64,000 bases of DNA from the NCBI GenBank assembly GCA_964372395.1, contig CAYJQV010000005.1, positions 126-64,125 of the forward strand, given 5' to 3'. A model generated the notes under the pieces. The model made no database searches, was not told the origin of the DNA, and worked only from the letters and a program-made list of their open reading frames with translations. Shown one piece after another: positions 18,835 through 29,423 of this stretch (its first letter is position 1; each line of letters begins with the position of its first letter). The position numbers and the translations under genes were made by a program. Source of the stretch: an uncultured Planctomycetia bacterium. GTDB taxonomy: Bacteria > Omnitrophota > Gorgyraeia > 1-14-0-20-64-10.

Positions 18835-19907
18835 AGACCTCTTCCACCTCCTGAACCACCCGCCTCAGGTCAAATCGCTCCTGCGCCTCACGGCGAGCCG
18901 CCTCGGCCATCCTCTTTCTCGTGCCCTCATCCCGCAGGAGAGACCGGATCGCCTGCTCCAGGGCCTGCGCGTCCTGCGGAGGAATCAGGAGCCCGCTCCT
19001 GCCGGACTCGATCATCTTGGCAGGCCCTCCCGCCCAGGAGGAGATCACCGGAACCCCCGCCACCATCGCCTCCGCCAGGGAAAGCCCGAATCCCTCCCGA
19101 TCGGATGGCGAGACGAAGAGCTGCATCACTGCGAGGGGGATCCGCGCATCCTCCACCGGCGGCGAGAGGATGACCCGGTCGGCGATTCCCAGCTCATACG
19201 CCAGCCGGACGAGCTCTTCACGGCTCGGGCCATCCCCGACGAGCAGAACCTGCAGGCGGGGGAACTCGCCGAGCAGACCGCGCGCGGCCCTGAGGACAAG
19301 ATCCAGCCCTTTCACCGGGCTGAGGCGGGCGACGGCGCCCACGACCGGCTCCCCCCAAAGACCGTGGCATTCCCGGAACCGGCGGGCCTCTTCGGGCGGA
19401 GGCGGCACCAGGAAGTGCTCGACGTCCACGCCGTTCCAGATCAGCTTCACCTGATGGGGCGGAACCAACCGGTACTCCTTGACCAGGCGATCCCTCGAGG
19501 GCTCGGAGATCGCCATCACCGTCTTGCCCCAGCACCGGAGCAGCCGGCGCCCGATCCGCCGGCGGTAGAGCCCGTGGCACGTTGAAACGTAGGGGACGCC
19601 GGTCAGCGCACCGGCCATCCCGCAGAGAATCTGGGTGACGCGGGTGTGGGCGTGGAGGATCTCCGGCCTCTCCGCGCGGATGATCCGCAGCAGGCGAGGC
19701 AGGGCACTCAGCCAGATCTTCGGGTTGAACTCACTCGAAGTCCGGCACCGGATCCGGTGATGGGAAATCCCTTCGCGCGCGAGGCGCCGCTCCAGCCAGC
19801 CGCCGCCGGAGACGACGATCGGCTGATGGCCGCGCCGCTTCAGCCCCCGCGCCAGGCCGGTCACGTAGACCGGGATGCCGCCCATCTCGAGGTGGGTGGT
19901 GGCCATC
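18815..19907 (-). CDS. Glycosyltransferase family 4 (GT-B, RfaG/WaaG-like)
   Basis: About 364 aa from the internal ATG (MATTHLEMGGIPVYVTGLARGLKRRGH...; a possible GTG 4 codons upstream); C-terminal EGFGLSLAEAMVAGVPVISS GT4 motif; the 132-aa upstream extension is rejected. Confidence 0.7.
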
Positions 19908-20081
19908 AGGATCTTCACCCCACCCCCTCCCTGGCCGGCGATGCCCAGGTCCGAACCATCCCCGCTTCGGGGAGCGCCCCGCCCGCGCGCCGCCCGCGAT
20001 CCCCTCCCCATTCCCCAACCTCCGGCGGCGGAACGGGGGTGGCCGGGAAGAGAGGCCTGCGCCAGGATCCCGCGGGCAGGG

Positions 20082-22220
20082 TCACAGGAAGCTCCGCACC
20101 GCTTCCAGCACGTCGTCCACCCCGATCCGGCGCATGCACTCCATGCGGCCCTCCCCGCCGCGGTAGCAGCTCCGCCGATAGCAGGGGCTGCAGGGAAGAT
20201 CCACGCGGAACAGCTTGAGCTGCGGGCTGGGCGGCAGGTGCCGCACCGGATCGGTGGGCCCGAAGAGGGCAACAAGCGGAGTCCCCGCGGCCGCCGCCAC
20301 ATGAAGCGGCGCGGAGTCTCCTCCGATGAAGACGCGGCAGCGGCCGAGCAGCACGGCCAGCTCGTTCAGGGAAGTGGCCCCCACCGCCATCACCGGCTTG
20401 GCCTGCGCCGCGCGGTGAATCTCCTCGCAGAGGGCCCGCTCCCCCTCCGAGCCCACGAGAACAACGCGCGCCTTGGCCTGATGAGCCAGGCGATCGATGA
20501 GCTCAACGTAGCGTTCGGCCGGCCAGCGTTTGGAGGCCCACCGCGCACCCGGATGCACGCCGATGAGCGGCTGATTCTGGGCGACCCACGATTCCCCCAG
20601 CAGCTCCCGCACCCGCTCCTCATCCACCGGCCCGGGCCACAGCTCCAGGTGCTGGGCGGCCGCCTGGATCCCCAGCCACTGGAGGAGCCGCAGCTGCTGT
20701 TCCACCGGCGGGGTCGGCCCCTCCGGCGGAGGCACCTTGTGGGTCAGGAGCCAGCTCCAGCGCCGGCCCGCGAAGCCGTAGCGCTGCGGGGCGCCGCTCA
20801 AGCATCCCAGCCAGTGGCTGACCCGATTGTTCTGAAAATCGACCACGAGATCCACCTGGAGGTCCCGCAGGCGGGCCCCCAACCGCAGCAGCCCGGATAA
20901 CGAACCGTCGCGAAGGGAATCGTAGACGATCAGGTCATCCAGGTAGGGACAGCGGTGGAGCAGCTCCCGCTGGTCCCTGCCCACAACGACCGAGAGAAAC
21001 GCCTTCGGAAACCGCTCCCGCAGGGCGCGCAGCGATGGGGTGGCCAGGACCACATCGCCGGCGGCGCTGAGCTTCATGACGAGGAGCCGGAGCCGCTCGG
21101 CGCTCTGACGGTACACCTCCAGCGTATCGCTCACCATCCTCGAAAGCGGGTAAACCGTCTCGACCCGCCGGCGGTTCTCATGGGCCAGCTCCGCAGCAAG
21201 CTTCCGGTCCCTGAGCAGGGTCGACATCGCCGTCGCCAAGGCGACCGGATCTCCGGGGGGAACCAAAAGCCCGGTCCTGCGATCCAGGATCACCTCGGGG
21301 ACTCCCCCGACCCGGGTCGCCGCCACCGGAACGCCGGCCGACCCGGCCTCGATCAGGACCCGGCCGAACGCCTCCTGCCCCGTGGAAGACAGGACGATCA
21401 GGTCGGTCTCCTGAAGGAGCCGCGGGACATCCGACTCGTGGCCGGTGAACTCCACCCTGTCCTGCAGGTCCAGGTGAGAAACGAGCGACTTGAGCTGCGC
21501 CAGATACCTGGCATGCCGGGGGTCCGCATCCCCGACGATCTTCAGGCGGGCGCGCGGGAAGCTCCTGGAAAGGATCCCGAAGGCCCGGAGGAGCTCCCGA
21601 TGACCCTTGAACGGCGTCACCCTCCCGATGGCGGCGATCCTCCATTCCCCCTTCGGCGCCTCCAGCCGGAGCTCCCTCCACGGAAAGCGGCCCAGATCCA
21701 CCCCGCGGGGGATCACGCGGATCCGCTCCGGCGGGACATGGAAAAGATCGATCATGTGCCGGGCGATCCGCTCGGAGTTGGCGATCACCATCCGGCCCCA
21801 GCCCATCACCCGGCTGAAGGGATGATTCGCATAGTAGCCGTGCGCGGTGGTCACAAAGCAGGGGATCCGCTGGCGCGACCCCACCCGGAAGCCGGCCCGC
21901 GCCGCGACCCGGCGCCAGGCCAGATACCCGATGAGGGCCGGAACGCGGCTGCGGGCATGCACGACATCCACGCCGTGCGATTCCAGGATCTCGGCCACCC
22001 GCGGAACCAGGCGCAGCGCCGTCCAGGGATTCTTCCGGTGGATCGGCAGCGCATAGTGGATGGCACCTGCCGCCTCCAGCTCCCGGACCAGCGGGCCGCC
22101 GGAAGAGATCACGATCGCCCGGTGCCCGCCGGCGGCGAGGGACCGGGCCAGATCCACCGTGCCGGTTTCCACCCCGCCGCCCTTGAGCGAGGGGACCATC
22201 TGCAGAACGGTCAGGACCAT
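20082..22220 (-). CDS. Bifunctional glycosyltransferase: N-terminal GT4 fused to C-terminal GT9 heptosyltransferase
   Basis: 712 aa; residues about 1-370 are GT4-like (MVPSLKGGGVETGTVDLARSLAAGGH..., EAFGRVLIEAGSAGVPVAATRVGG); residues about 375-712 are GT9-like (LLVMKLSAAGDVVLATPSLRAL..., FIGGDSAPLHVAAAAGTPLVALFGPTD). Confidence 0.7.
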   Translation of the reverse strand: MVLTVLQMVPSLKGGGVETGTVDLARSLAAGGHRAIVISSGGPLVRELEAAGAIHYALPIHRKNPWTALRLVPRVAEILESHGVDVVHARSRVPALIGYLAWRRVAARAGFRVGSRQRIPCFVTTAHGYYANHPFSRVMGWGRMVIANSERIARHMIDLFHVPPERIRVIPRGVDLGRFPWRELRLEAPKGEWRIAAIGRVTPFKGHRELLRAFGILSRSFPRARLKIVGDADPRHARYLAQLKSLVSHLDLQDRVEFTGHESDVPRLLQETDLIVLSSTGQEAFGRVLIEAGSAGVPVAATRVGGVPEVILDRRTGLLVPPGDPVALATAMSTLLRDRKLAAELAHENRRRVETVYPLSRMVSDTLEVYRQSAERLRLLVMKLSAAGDVVLATPSLRALRERFPKAFLSVVVGRDQRELLHRCPYLDDLIVYDSLRDGSLSGLLRLGARLRDLQVDLVVDFQNNRVSHWLGCLSGAPQRYGFAGRRWSWLLTHKVPPPEGPTPPVEQQLRLLQWLGIQAAAQHLELWPGPVDEERVRELLGESWVAQNQPLIGVHPGARWASKRWPAERYVELIDRLAHQAKARVVLVGSEGERALCEEIHRAAQAKPVMAVGATSLNELAVLLGRCRVFIGGDSAPLHVAAAAGTPLVALFGPTDPVRHLPPSPQLKLFRVDLPCSPCYRRSCYRGGEGRMECMRRIGVDDVLEAVRSFL

Positions 22221-22227
22221 CGGGCCG

Positions 22228-24249
22228 TCAGAACCACCGCTTCAAGAACTCCACCGCGGGATCGGCCTGCGGGGCCTCTCCTTCGCCGGGCCGCCCTGCG
22301 ATCTCCGCGACCGCTCGGCCGACCTCTTCCGCCTGCACCAGGGCCACCTTGCCCCGGGAGTGCATTCCTTCCAGGAACCGCCGGTACTTCGACGCCCGGG
22401 AGAAAAGCCCGTCTCCCCTCGGAGGGAAAACCACCACCGGCTTCGCCGCCTCGGCCGCCTCCGAAACCATGGAGATCGAATCGCCGGAAACCACCATGGC
22501 ATCGGCCAGGCCGAGGATGCAGGGGACCGCCTCGGAGGGATCGGCGAGCCCTTCCGCCTGCGCGTGATTGACCAGGGCGAGAAGCCGGCAGCGGGGGTTG
22601 CCGGCCAAGGCCCGCTGGAGCCAGCTCTCCAGCTCAACCGGGGTCCTGCGGGAAGTGGTCACCAGGAGCTCCGCGTCCTCCTTCTCGGCAGCCGAGAGAA
22701 GCCCCTGCACCACCTGCTCCACATCCCGCGGCTCCAGCCGGACCCCGCGCGTGGGTCCGCCCAGCAGCAGCCCCCACCGGCGCCGGGAAGAGAGGTTCAG
22801 CCGTCTGCGCCAGTCTTCCAGCTGCCTCTCCTCACAGGAGCGCTCCGGGCCGAGCGCCCCGTCCATCACCAGGAGGTTTCCCCCGGTGGATGCGTGGGGT
22901 CGGTCATGCCGCGGGATCACCGCCAGGTCAAAACGGCGCCGGGAGGGAATCCGAGGGTCTGTCACATGAATCGGCCGGGCCCGGATCGCCCAGGAGAAGA
23001 GCAGATTCACCGCCGCGGTCGAACCGCCGCAGGAGATGCAGAAATCAGCGAACGCCCCGCCCAGCTCCCGCGCCGTCTCCGGCGTCAGGGCCCAGCGCAA
23101 CAGGCGTTCCCCCCCGCGGAATTTCCGGGGCACAACGGAAGCGACCGCCGCCAGAAGGTTTCTCCGCAGGGGCGACCGGAAGGCCACCTCCACCGTTTTC
23201 AGCGAAACGAGCGAGCGATTGCCGGCTCCCATCCGGTGATCGCTCGACATCCGCTGGCCCCAAGCCGCCTCGATCCGCTGCGCCAAACCCCTGGACTGAT
23301 TCAGGTGGCCCGCTTTTCCGTCGCTGAGGATCAGGATCCGGCGCTCCGGCGTCGATTTCCAGCGGCGGTGGAGCCAGAGCCACTGCTCCGGGTGCCTGCG
23401 GACGAAGCGCTCCAGCACCGCCAGATAGGCCGCCACCCCTGCATGGATCCGCTCATCCATCGTCCCCTCTTCCGGGATCGCCAGCGGCTCCTCCACCACC
23501 AGGAGATGGGACGGCCCTCGCTGGCGGACCATGAAAACCGGCAGGATCGGTGCTCCCGTCGACAGGGACAGGCCGATGGGGCCCGGCGCTGTCGAGGCGG
23601 TTCGGCCGAGGAAGGGGCAGAGCACCCCATGCGAACCGCCGTCCTGGTCGGCCAGGATCCCGATGATGCCGCCCTTTTGAAGGCCCTGGACGAGCTGCCG
23701 GACCGCGAAGCCCTTGGTCACGACCTGACACCCCTTCGATTCCCGGTAACGGGTGAGCAGCCGATTCAGCCGAGGCCACCCCTGTTCGCGGGCAAGCACC
23801 TGCGTGGGATAACCGTGCAGGGCCCCGGTGATGCTGATGAGCTCCCAGTTCCCGAAGTGGCCGGTGAGGAAGATGACCCCCTTGCCCTGCGCCAGGGCCG
23901 CCTCCAGTCTCTCCCGGCAGCCGGGGGCGACCTTGACCCAGCGATCCACATAGGCCCGGTCGATCCGCGGGATCGCGGCAATCTCCATCAAGGTAACCCC
24001 GAGGTTCTCGAACAGCACCCGGACGATCCGGTGCAGTTCCTCCGGCCGGCGGCTGGATCCGAATGCCGCGCGCAAGTTTGCCAGCGCCACCACCCGCCGC
24101 GAGGGGAACAGGCGATAGAAGAGGCGTCCGGCCGCCGCCCCGGCAGCCGCATTCCAGTGAGGAGGCAGCCGCTGGGCGAGGGCGCTAACGCCCCTGGCCA
24201 GCCAGTACAGAACGGATTCGGTGTAGAAGCTCGTCTTCATCGGGTTCAA
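22228..24249 (-). CDS. Fusion of lipid A secondary acyltransferase (LpxL/HtrB family) with an ELM1-like (DUF1022) domain
   Basis: 673 aa; the N-terminal roughly 300 aa have the LpxL-type HFGNWE motif (FLTGHFGNWELIS) and LADQD; the C-terminal roughly 350 aa (RRILILSDGKAGHLNQSRGLAQ...) resemble ELM1-family proteins commonly found beside waaA. Confidence 0.6.
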   Translation of the reverse strand: MNPMKTSFYTESVLYWLARGVSALAQRLPPHWNAAAGAAAGRLFYRLFPSRRVVALANLRAAFGSSRRPEELHRIVRVLFENLGVTLMEIAAIPRIDRAYVDRWVKVAPGCRERLEAALAQGKGVIFLTGHFGNWELISITGALHGYPTQVLAREQGWPRLNRLLTRYRESKGCQVVTKGFAVRQLVQGLQKGGIIGILADQDGGSHGVLCPFLGRTASTAPGPIGLSLSTGAPILPVFMVRQRGPSHLLVVEEPLAIPEEGTMDERIHAGVAAYLAVLERFVRRHPEQWLWLHRRWKSTPERRILILSDGKAGHLNQSRGLAQRIEAAWGQRMSSDHRMGAGNRSLVSLKTVEVAFRSPLRRNLLAAVASVVPRKFRGGERLLRWALTPETARELGGAFADFCISCGGSTAAVNLLFSWAIRARPIHVTDPRIPSRRRFDLAVIPRHDRPHASTGGNLLVMDGALGPERSCEERQLEDWRRRLNLSSRRRWGLLLGGPTRGVRLEPRDVEQVVQGLLSAAEKEDAELLVTTSRRTPVELESWLQRALAGNPRCRLLALVNHAQAEGLADPSEAVPCILGLADAMVVSGDSISMVSEAAEAAKPVVVFPPRGDGLFSRASKYRRFLEGMHSRGKVALVQAEEVGRAVAEIAGRPGEGEAPQADPAVEFLKRWF

Positions 24250-25210
24250 ATCGGGGGGCTACCTCAAGGACCAGGAGATCACAGCCCTTGAGATCAGCCC
24301 CCACCGCCTCCAGGAGCCGCCTGGGGATGCGGATCGCATCCTTGGCGGTTGTCACGAGGGTGCGCACGTCATGCCCCCGGCATCGGGCCATGATCTTCAC
24401 CAGCTCTCCGACCGTGTACGGGTGATGGTCCCGGAACCGGAACCGCAGGACCGCGCGCCCGCCGAGCGCGGCGACGGTGGATTCAAACAGGCCCGGAGCG
24501 GCGATAGCGGCCAGCGTGCAGAGCTTCCGGCCCTTCAGGGTGTCGAGTGGCAGCGCACGGCGCGAGGGCCACCTCCACAGCCCGGCGGGCTCCAATCCCA
24601 TCCGGAAGATCGGAGCCCGGGGATTCACCTGCCGGAGCTGGTCCTCCACCGCGGCGAGCCCCCCGGCCTTCGCATTCCCCTTCTTGATCACAAGCAGATC
24701 CGCGCGGGCCGCGGCGGAGGCCGGCTCCCTCAAGCTGCCGCGGGGGATCAGATGGCCGTTGCCGAAAGGGGCCGAGGAATCGACCGCCAGGATCTCGAAA
24801 TCCTTGATCACTCTCCACTGCTGATAGCCGTCGTCCAGGAGCAGCAGGTCCGCTCCGAGCTCCCCGACGGCGCGCCGGCCGCTCCGGATCCGGTCGGGCC
24901 CCACGAGGACCGGGATCGGACGCAGCCGGTCGGTCATGAGCGCGGACTCATCCCTGCCGTAGCCGCGGGTGAGCACCGCCACGCGCCGGCCCATCTTCTC
25001 GAAGGCCCGCGCCAGGTAGATAACCAGCGGGGTTTTGCCGGTTCCCCCCCACGTGAGATTCCCCACGCTCACCACCGGGACACCGAGGCGGTGCCTCTTC
25101 AGGATCCCCTTCCGGTAGGCGAGTCCAACCGCCTGCAGCCCCAGCCGGTAGATCCCCTCTCCCAGCGAAAGAAGCACCCGTGTCACTTTCTCGCCAGCGC
25201 CGGTCCCCAC
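24185..25210 (-). CDS. lpxK: Tetraacyldisaccharide 4'-kinase
   Basis: 341 aa; P-loop VVSVGNLTWGGTGKTPLVIYLA and LTRGYGRDE are characteristic of LpxK. Confidence 0.8.
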   Translation of the reverse strand: MGTGAGEKVTRVLLSLGEGIYRLGLQAVGLAYRKGILKRHRLGVPVVSVGNLTWGGTGKTPLVIYLARAFEKMGRRVAVLTRGYGRDESALMTDRLRPIPVLVGPDRIRSGRRAVGELGADLLLLDDGYQQWRVIKDFEILAVDSSAPFGNGHLIPRGSLREPASAAARADLLVIKKGNAKAGGLAAVEDQLRQVNPRAPIFRMGLEPAGLWRWPSRRALPLDTLKGRKLCTLAAIAAPGLFESTVAALGGRAVLRFRFRDHHPYTVGELVKIMARCRGHDVRTLVTTAKDAIRIPRRLLEAVGADLKGCDLLVLEVAPRFEPDEDELLHRIRSVLAGQGR

Positions 25211-26523
25211 CGGCGGAACAGGAACTCGGCCGTCCGGTCGGCTGCCCCCTGATGCTGACCCACCACGGCCCGCGCACGCGCCCCCAACTCCGCAGCCGCC
25301 CGGGGATCCTGCAGGAGCCGCCGGATCGCCTCCTCCAGCTCCTGGGCGGTGCGGGTGATCACCATGGCCTTGGCCTGCTCAAGCTCCTCGGCGATTGCGC
25401 TGAAGTTGTGCAGGTGCGGTCCGGTCAGGATTGGCCGGCCGGCCGCTGCCGGCTCCACCAGATTGTGCCCGCCGTGCGGGATCAAGGAGCCGCCGATGAA
25501 GACCAGATCGCTGGCCCGGTACAGATCGGCCAGCTCCCCCAGGGTATCCAGGACAATGATCGGATCTTCTCCCTGTCCCGGCCGCGAAGCCGCGTTCCCC
25601 TGTCCCGGCTGGCCCAGTTTGGACCGCCGGACGGAGATCAGGCCGGCCGCCCGGATCTCCTGCTCCACCTCCGCCACCCGCTCCGGGTGCCGCGGCGCCA
25701 CCAGCAGGCGCAGATGCGGGAACTCCGACTTGAGAAACGAATAGGCCTGCAGGATCGGCAGATCCTCGCCGGAGTGCGTTGATCCTGCGGTCCACAGGAC
25801 CGAGCGGGAGGAGAGGCCCAGCCGCTGCCGCCACGCCGCCGGTGCACCGCCATCCGACGCCTGCGAAGCCGGCTGGTCCCACTTGACGTTGCCGGTCACG
25901 GCGATCCGGTCCTTGGCGGCGCCGATCGCCGCCAGCCGGCGCGCATCCTGCGGGCTCTGCGCGAGGAAAAAGCCCACGGGCGCCAAGGCCCACTGCATGA
26001 AGGGCCGGATCCAGAGATACCGGCGGTACGCCCGCGGTGAGATCCGTCCGTTGACCACCGCGATCGGAACCTTCGCCCGATCCAGCTCCCGCAGGAGGAC
26101 CGGCCACAGCTCGGTCTCCAGGCAAAGGAACAGCGTGGGGCGAATCGCCCGGATCGCCCGGCGGACGGCCGGCGCCAGATCCCACGGCAGGTAAAGGAGC
26201 TGGTCCTGGCCGGGCCGGATCGCCCGCTCAGCCACCTGGCGGCCGGTCGGGGTCACTGTCGTCATCACCCATCCCCTTCCCGGAATCTCCCGCCGGATCC
26301 GCTCGAGGAGCGGCCGGGCGGCCAGAACCTCGCCCACGCTGACCGCATGAATCCAGACCGGCCCATCCAGATTCGCCAGTGCCCGGCGGCGCTCCAAGGG
26401 GTACAGCCCAAGCCGCTCCCGCAGGCCCGGCAGCCCCCGGCCCCGCGCGAGGCGCGCGAGCAGGTATCCCGCCCCAAAGAGAATCAATCCCGCCTGATAG
26501 ATCCAGAGGAGGAGCGCCGTCAT
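25183..26523 (-). CDS. waaA: 3-deoxy-D-manno-octulosonic acid (Kdo) transferase
   Basis: 446 aa; N-terminal TM, VWIHAVSVGEVLAARPLLERIR... and C-terminal GGSLIPHGGHNLVEPAAAGRPILTGPH motifs of KdtA/WaaA. Confidence 0.85.
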   Translation of the reverse strand: MTALLLWIYQAGLILFGAGYLLARLARGRGLPGLRERLGLYPLERRRALANLDGPVWIHAVSVGEVLAARPLLERIRREIPGRGWVMTTVTPTGRQVAERAIRPGQDQLLYLPWDLAPAVRRAIRAIRPTLFLCLETELWPVLLRELDRAKVPIAVVNGRISPRAYRRYLWIRPFMQWALAPVGFFLAQSPQDARRLAAIGAAKDRIAVTGNVKWDQPASQASDGGAPAAWRQRLGLSSRSVLWTAGSTHSGEDLPILQAYSFLKSEFPHLRLLVAPRHPERVAEVEQEIRAAGLISVRRSKLGQPGQGNAASRPGQGEDPIIVLDTLGELADLYRASDLVFIGGSLIPHGGHNLVEPAAAGRPILTGPHLHNFSAIAEELEQAKAMVITRTAQELEEAIRRLLQDPRAAAELGARARAVVGQHQGAADRTAEFLFRRWGPALARK

Positions 26524-26533
26524 GCCCGGGTCC

Positions 26534-27406
26534 CTATGCCCTCGGGTGCGCCGAGTCGTACACCCGCTTGAGCCGCTCCGTGGTCACGTGCGTGTAAACC
26601 TGAGTGGTGGTGAGGGAGCTGTGCCCCAGAAGCTCCTGAACCGCTCGCAGGTCCGCTCCCCGGTCGAGCAGGTGTGTGGCGAAGGAATGCCGCAGCGCGT
26701 GCGGGGAAACCTTCAGCGCGGCTCCCGCCTGGGCGAGGTAGCGGTTGAGGATCCGCCTCACCGATCGGTCCGTGAGCCCGCCGCGCCGGAAGTTCTGAAA
26801 GAGCGGCCGATCCGGCAGATCGTGGCGCGGTTCCAGGGTTTTCAGATAGCGGCGGATCGCCTGCACGCTGTAGGAGCCCACCGGAACCAGGCGCTCCTTC
26901 CGGCCCTTGCCGACCACCCGCAAGCTCCCGCCGATCAGGTCCACATCGTGGATCTTCAGGCCCACCAGCTCGCTCACCCGCAGGCCGGTCGAGTAAAGGG
27001 TCTCCAGAATGGCCCTGTCCCGGCAGGCAGAGAAATCCTCCCCCTGGGGGGCTTCCACCAGCCGCGCGGCCTGCTCGACGCTGAGAAACGCCGGGAGGTG
27101 CCGGTCCTGCTTGGGCCGGACCAGCCCCAGCGCCGGGTTGGATGCCAGATGCCCCTCCCGGTGAAGGAACCGGAAGAAGGACCGGACGGCGGCAATCCGC
27201 CTGGCCACCGTCGCCTTGGAGAGCCCGCGGCTGCGCTCCTCCGCGGCGAACTGGCGCAGCGCCAGGAGGTCCACCTCCTCCCAGGGCCGCTCCCCCAGCG
27301 CCCGCCTGAGGAGGGAAAGGTCCTTGGCGTAGTTGCGCAGGGTATGAGCGGAGGCGTTCCGCTCGATCTTGAGAAAATCCAGGAATTTCCCGATGGCACG
27401 ATCCAC
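26534..27406 (-). CDS. xerC: Tyrosine recombinase XerC/XerD
   Basis: 290 aa; RNASAHTLRNY core-binding domain and catalytic HALRHSFATHLL...LLGHSSLTTTQVYTHV. Confidence 0.85.
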   Translation of the reverse strand: MDRAIGKFLDFLKIERNASAHTLRNYAKDLSLLRRALGERPWEEVDLLALRQFAAEERSRGLSKATVARRIAAVRSFFRFLHREGHLASNPALGLVRPKQDRHLPAFLSVEQAARLVEAPQGEDFSACRDRAILETLYSTGLRVSELVGLKIHDVDLIGGSLRVVGKGRKERLVPVGSYSVQAIRRYLKTLEPRHDLPDRPLFQNFRRGGLTDRSVRRILNRYLAQAGAALKVSPHALRHSFATHLLDRGADLRAVQELLGHSSLTTTQVYTHVTTERLKRVYDSAHPRA

Positions 27407-27428
27407 GGCGAACCCTCCGAGCCGGCTC

Positions 27429-29423
27429 CTAGGAGGCCGCCCTGGGCAACTCCCTTTCGATGTGGCGGCAGGCGGGAAACCGGGAGCAGCCGTAGAAGAG
27501 CCCGCGGCGGGAGCGTCGCTGCACCAGCTCCCCGTCGCAGTCCGGTTCAGGGCACTTCACCCCGGTCGTGATCGGCTTGGCGAACTTGCACTCGGGAAAG
27601 CCGGAGCAGCTCAGGAACTTCCCGCGCCGGCCCCACTTGATGACGATCACCCGGCCGCACTGGGGGCATTTCTCGTCGGTGGGCACCGGCTCCTGCTTCA
27701 CCGACTTCATCTGCTCCGCCGCCGTCTCCAGCGCCTGGGCGAACGGCCCGTAGAACTCCCGCACGCACTCCACCCACGCCTGCTGCCCATCCTCGATCTC
27801 GTCCAGCTCCTTCTCCATGTGGGCGGTGAACCGGACATCCAGCACCTTGGGAAAATGCCGGGACAAGAGGTCCGTCACCGTCTCCCCCAGATCCGTCGGA
27901 ACCAGCGCCCTGCCCTCGCGATGGACGTATCCGCGCGTGGAGATCGTCAGCACCGTCGGCGCGTAGGTGGAGGGCCGGCCGATGCCGAGCTCCTCCATCG
28001 TCTTCACCAGCGAGGCCTCGGTGTAGCGGGCCGGCGGCTTCGTGAAGTGCTGGCTGGGCTCGATCTTCAGGGCCTTCAGCCGCTCCCCCTTGGCCAGGGG
28101 CGGGAGGATCTGGCCTTGGCCCTCCTCCTCATCCTGGCGGAAGAGCTGAAGGAAACCCTGGAAGAGGATGCGGCTGCCCGTGGCCCGGAAGCCGCATCGG
28201 CCGGCGGTGATCTCGACGCTGGTCACCTCCACGCGGGCCGATGCCATCTGGCTTGCCACGAACCGGTTCCAGATCAGGGTGTACAGCTTGAGCTGATCCG
28301 GCGTCAGATGCCCCTTCACCGACTCCGGCATCCGGAAGGCCGAGGTGGGACGGATCGCCTCGTGCGCCTCCTGCGCGCCGCGCCGCGAGCGGTACCGGCG
28401 GACCGACTCGGGAAGGAACGGCTTGCCGTATCGCTCCTGGATGAACCGGCGCGCCTCCGCCTGGGCCTCCTGCGCCACCTGAACCGAGTCGGTCCGCATG
28501 TAGGTGATGAGGCCGACGGGGCCCTCCGGCCCCAGCTCGATTCCCTCGTAGAGCTGCTGCGCCACGCGCATCGTGCGGGCTGTGCTGAAGCCCAGCTTGT
28601 TGAAGGCCGCCTGCTGGAGCGTGCTGGTGGTGAAGGGCGGCGCCGGGTGCCTCTGGATCTCCTTCTGTGAAACCGAGGCCACCGTGAACGGCTGACCCTC
28701 CAGCTCCCGGACCAGCGCCTGCGTCTGCTCGCCTGTCCGAAGCTCCGCCTTCTTTCCGTCAACGGTCTCGAGGGTTGCCGTGAAGGCGGCCGGCAGCTTG
28801 CCCGCTTCCTTCGCCGCCTGCTTCAGCTTCTCGAGCGTGGCCGTGATCTCCCAGTATTCCTGCGGGATGAAAGCGCGGATCTCCCTCTCCCGATCCACGA
28901 TGAGCTTCAGCGCCACCGACTGGACCCGGCCGGCGCTCAAGCCCCGTCCCACATTTTTCCACAGGAGCGGCGACAGCGTGTAGCCGAGGATCCGGTCCAG
29001 GATCCGGCGCGCCTGCTGGGCCTGCACCTTGTTCTCGTCGATCTTGCGCGGATGCTCGAAGGCGGCGCGAACCGCGGCCGGGGTGATCTCATGGAAGACG
29101 GCCCGGTGGACCTTCTTGCCTTTGCCGAGCAGGGCCGCCAGATGCGCGGAGATCGCCTCACCCTCCCGGTCCGGATCGGTGGCCAGGTAAAGCTCCCGGT
29201 AATCGGCCGCCGTCCCCTTCAGCTCCTTGACGATCTTCCGCTTCTTGAAGATCACGATGTACTTGGGCGTGAAATCGTTCTTCAGATCCACGCCGAACTG
29301 GCTGGAGGGAAGATCCATCACGTGCCCCTGGGACGCGATGACCTTGTAGCCGCCGCCCAGGAAACGGTCCAGCGTCCTCGCCTTGGTGGGCGACTCGACG
29401 ATGACCAGCGCCGCCTTCTTCAT
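27429..29423 (-). CDS. topA: DNA topoisomerase I
   Basis: 664 aa; TOPRIM LVIVESPTKARTL, catalytic Tyr region and three C-terminal Cys4 zinc ribbons (CPQCG..., CSGFPEC..., CPEPDC...). Confidence 0.95.
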   Translation of the reverse strand: MKKAALVIVESPTKARTLDRFLGGGYKVIASQGHVMDLPSSQFGVDLKNDFTPKYIVIFKKRKIVKELKGTAADYRELYLATDPDREGEAISAHLAALLGKGKKVHRAVFHEITPAAVRAAFEHPRKIDENKVQAQQARRILDRILGYTLSPLLWKNVGRGLSAGRVQSVALKLIVDREREIRAFIPQEYWEITATLEKLKQAAKEAGKLPAAFTATLETVDGKKAELRTGEQTQALVRELEGQPFTVASVSQKEIQRHPAPPFTTSTLQQAAFNKLGFSTARTMRVAQQLYEGIELGPEGPVGLITYMRTDSVQVAQEAQAEARRFIQERYGKPFLPESVRRYRSRRGAQEAHEAIRPTSAFRMPESVKGHLTPDQLKLYTLIWNRFVASQMASARVEVTSVEITAGRCGFRATGSRILFQGFLQLFRQDEEEGQGQILPPLAKGERLKALKIEPSQHFTKPPARYTEASLVKTMEELGIGRPSTYAPTVLTISTRGYVHREGRALVPTDLGETVTDLLSRHFPKVLDVRFTAHMEKELDEIEDGQQAWVECVREFYGPFAQALETAAEQMKSVKQEPVPTDEKCPQCGRVIVIKWGRRGKFLSCSGFPECKFAKPITTGVKCPEPDCDGELVQRRSRRGLFYGCSRFPACRHIERELPRAAS

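Noticed and set aside
26534-27406. Prophage or integrative element anchored by xerC plus the excisionase-family HTH
   Set aside because: XerC/D here has the chromosomal dimer-resolution architecture and sits in the waaA-topA housekeeping context. The HTH gene is 14 kb away, and no phage structural, replication or attachment-site repeats were seen.
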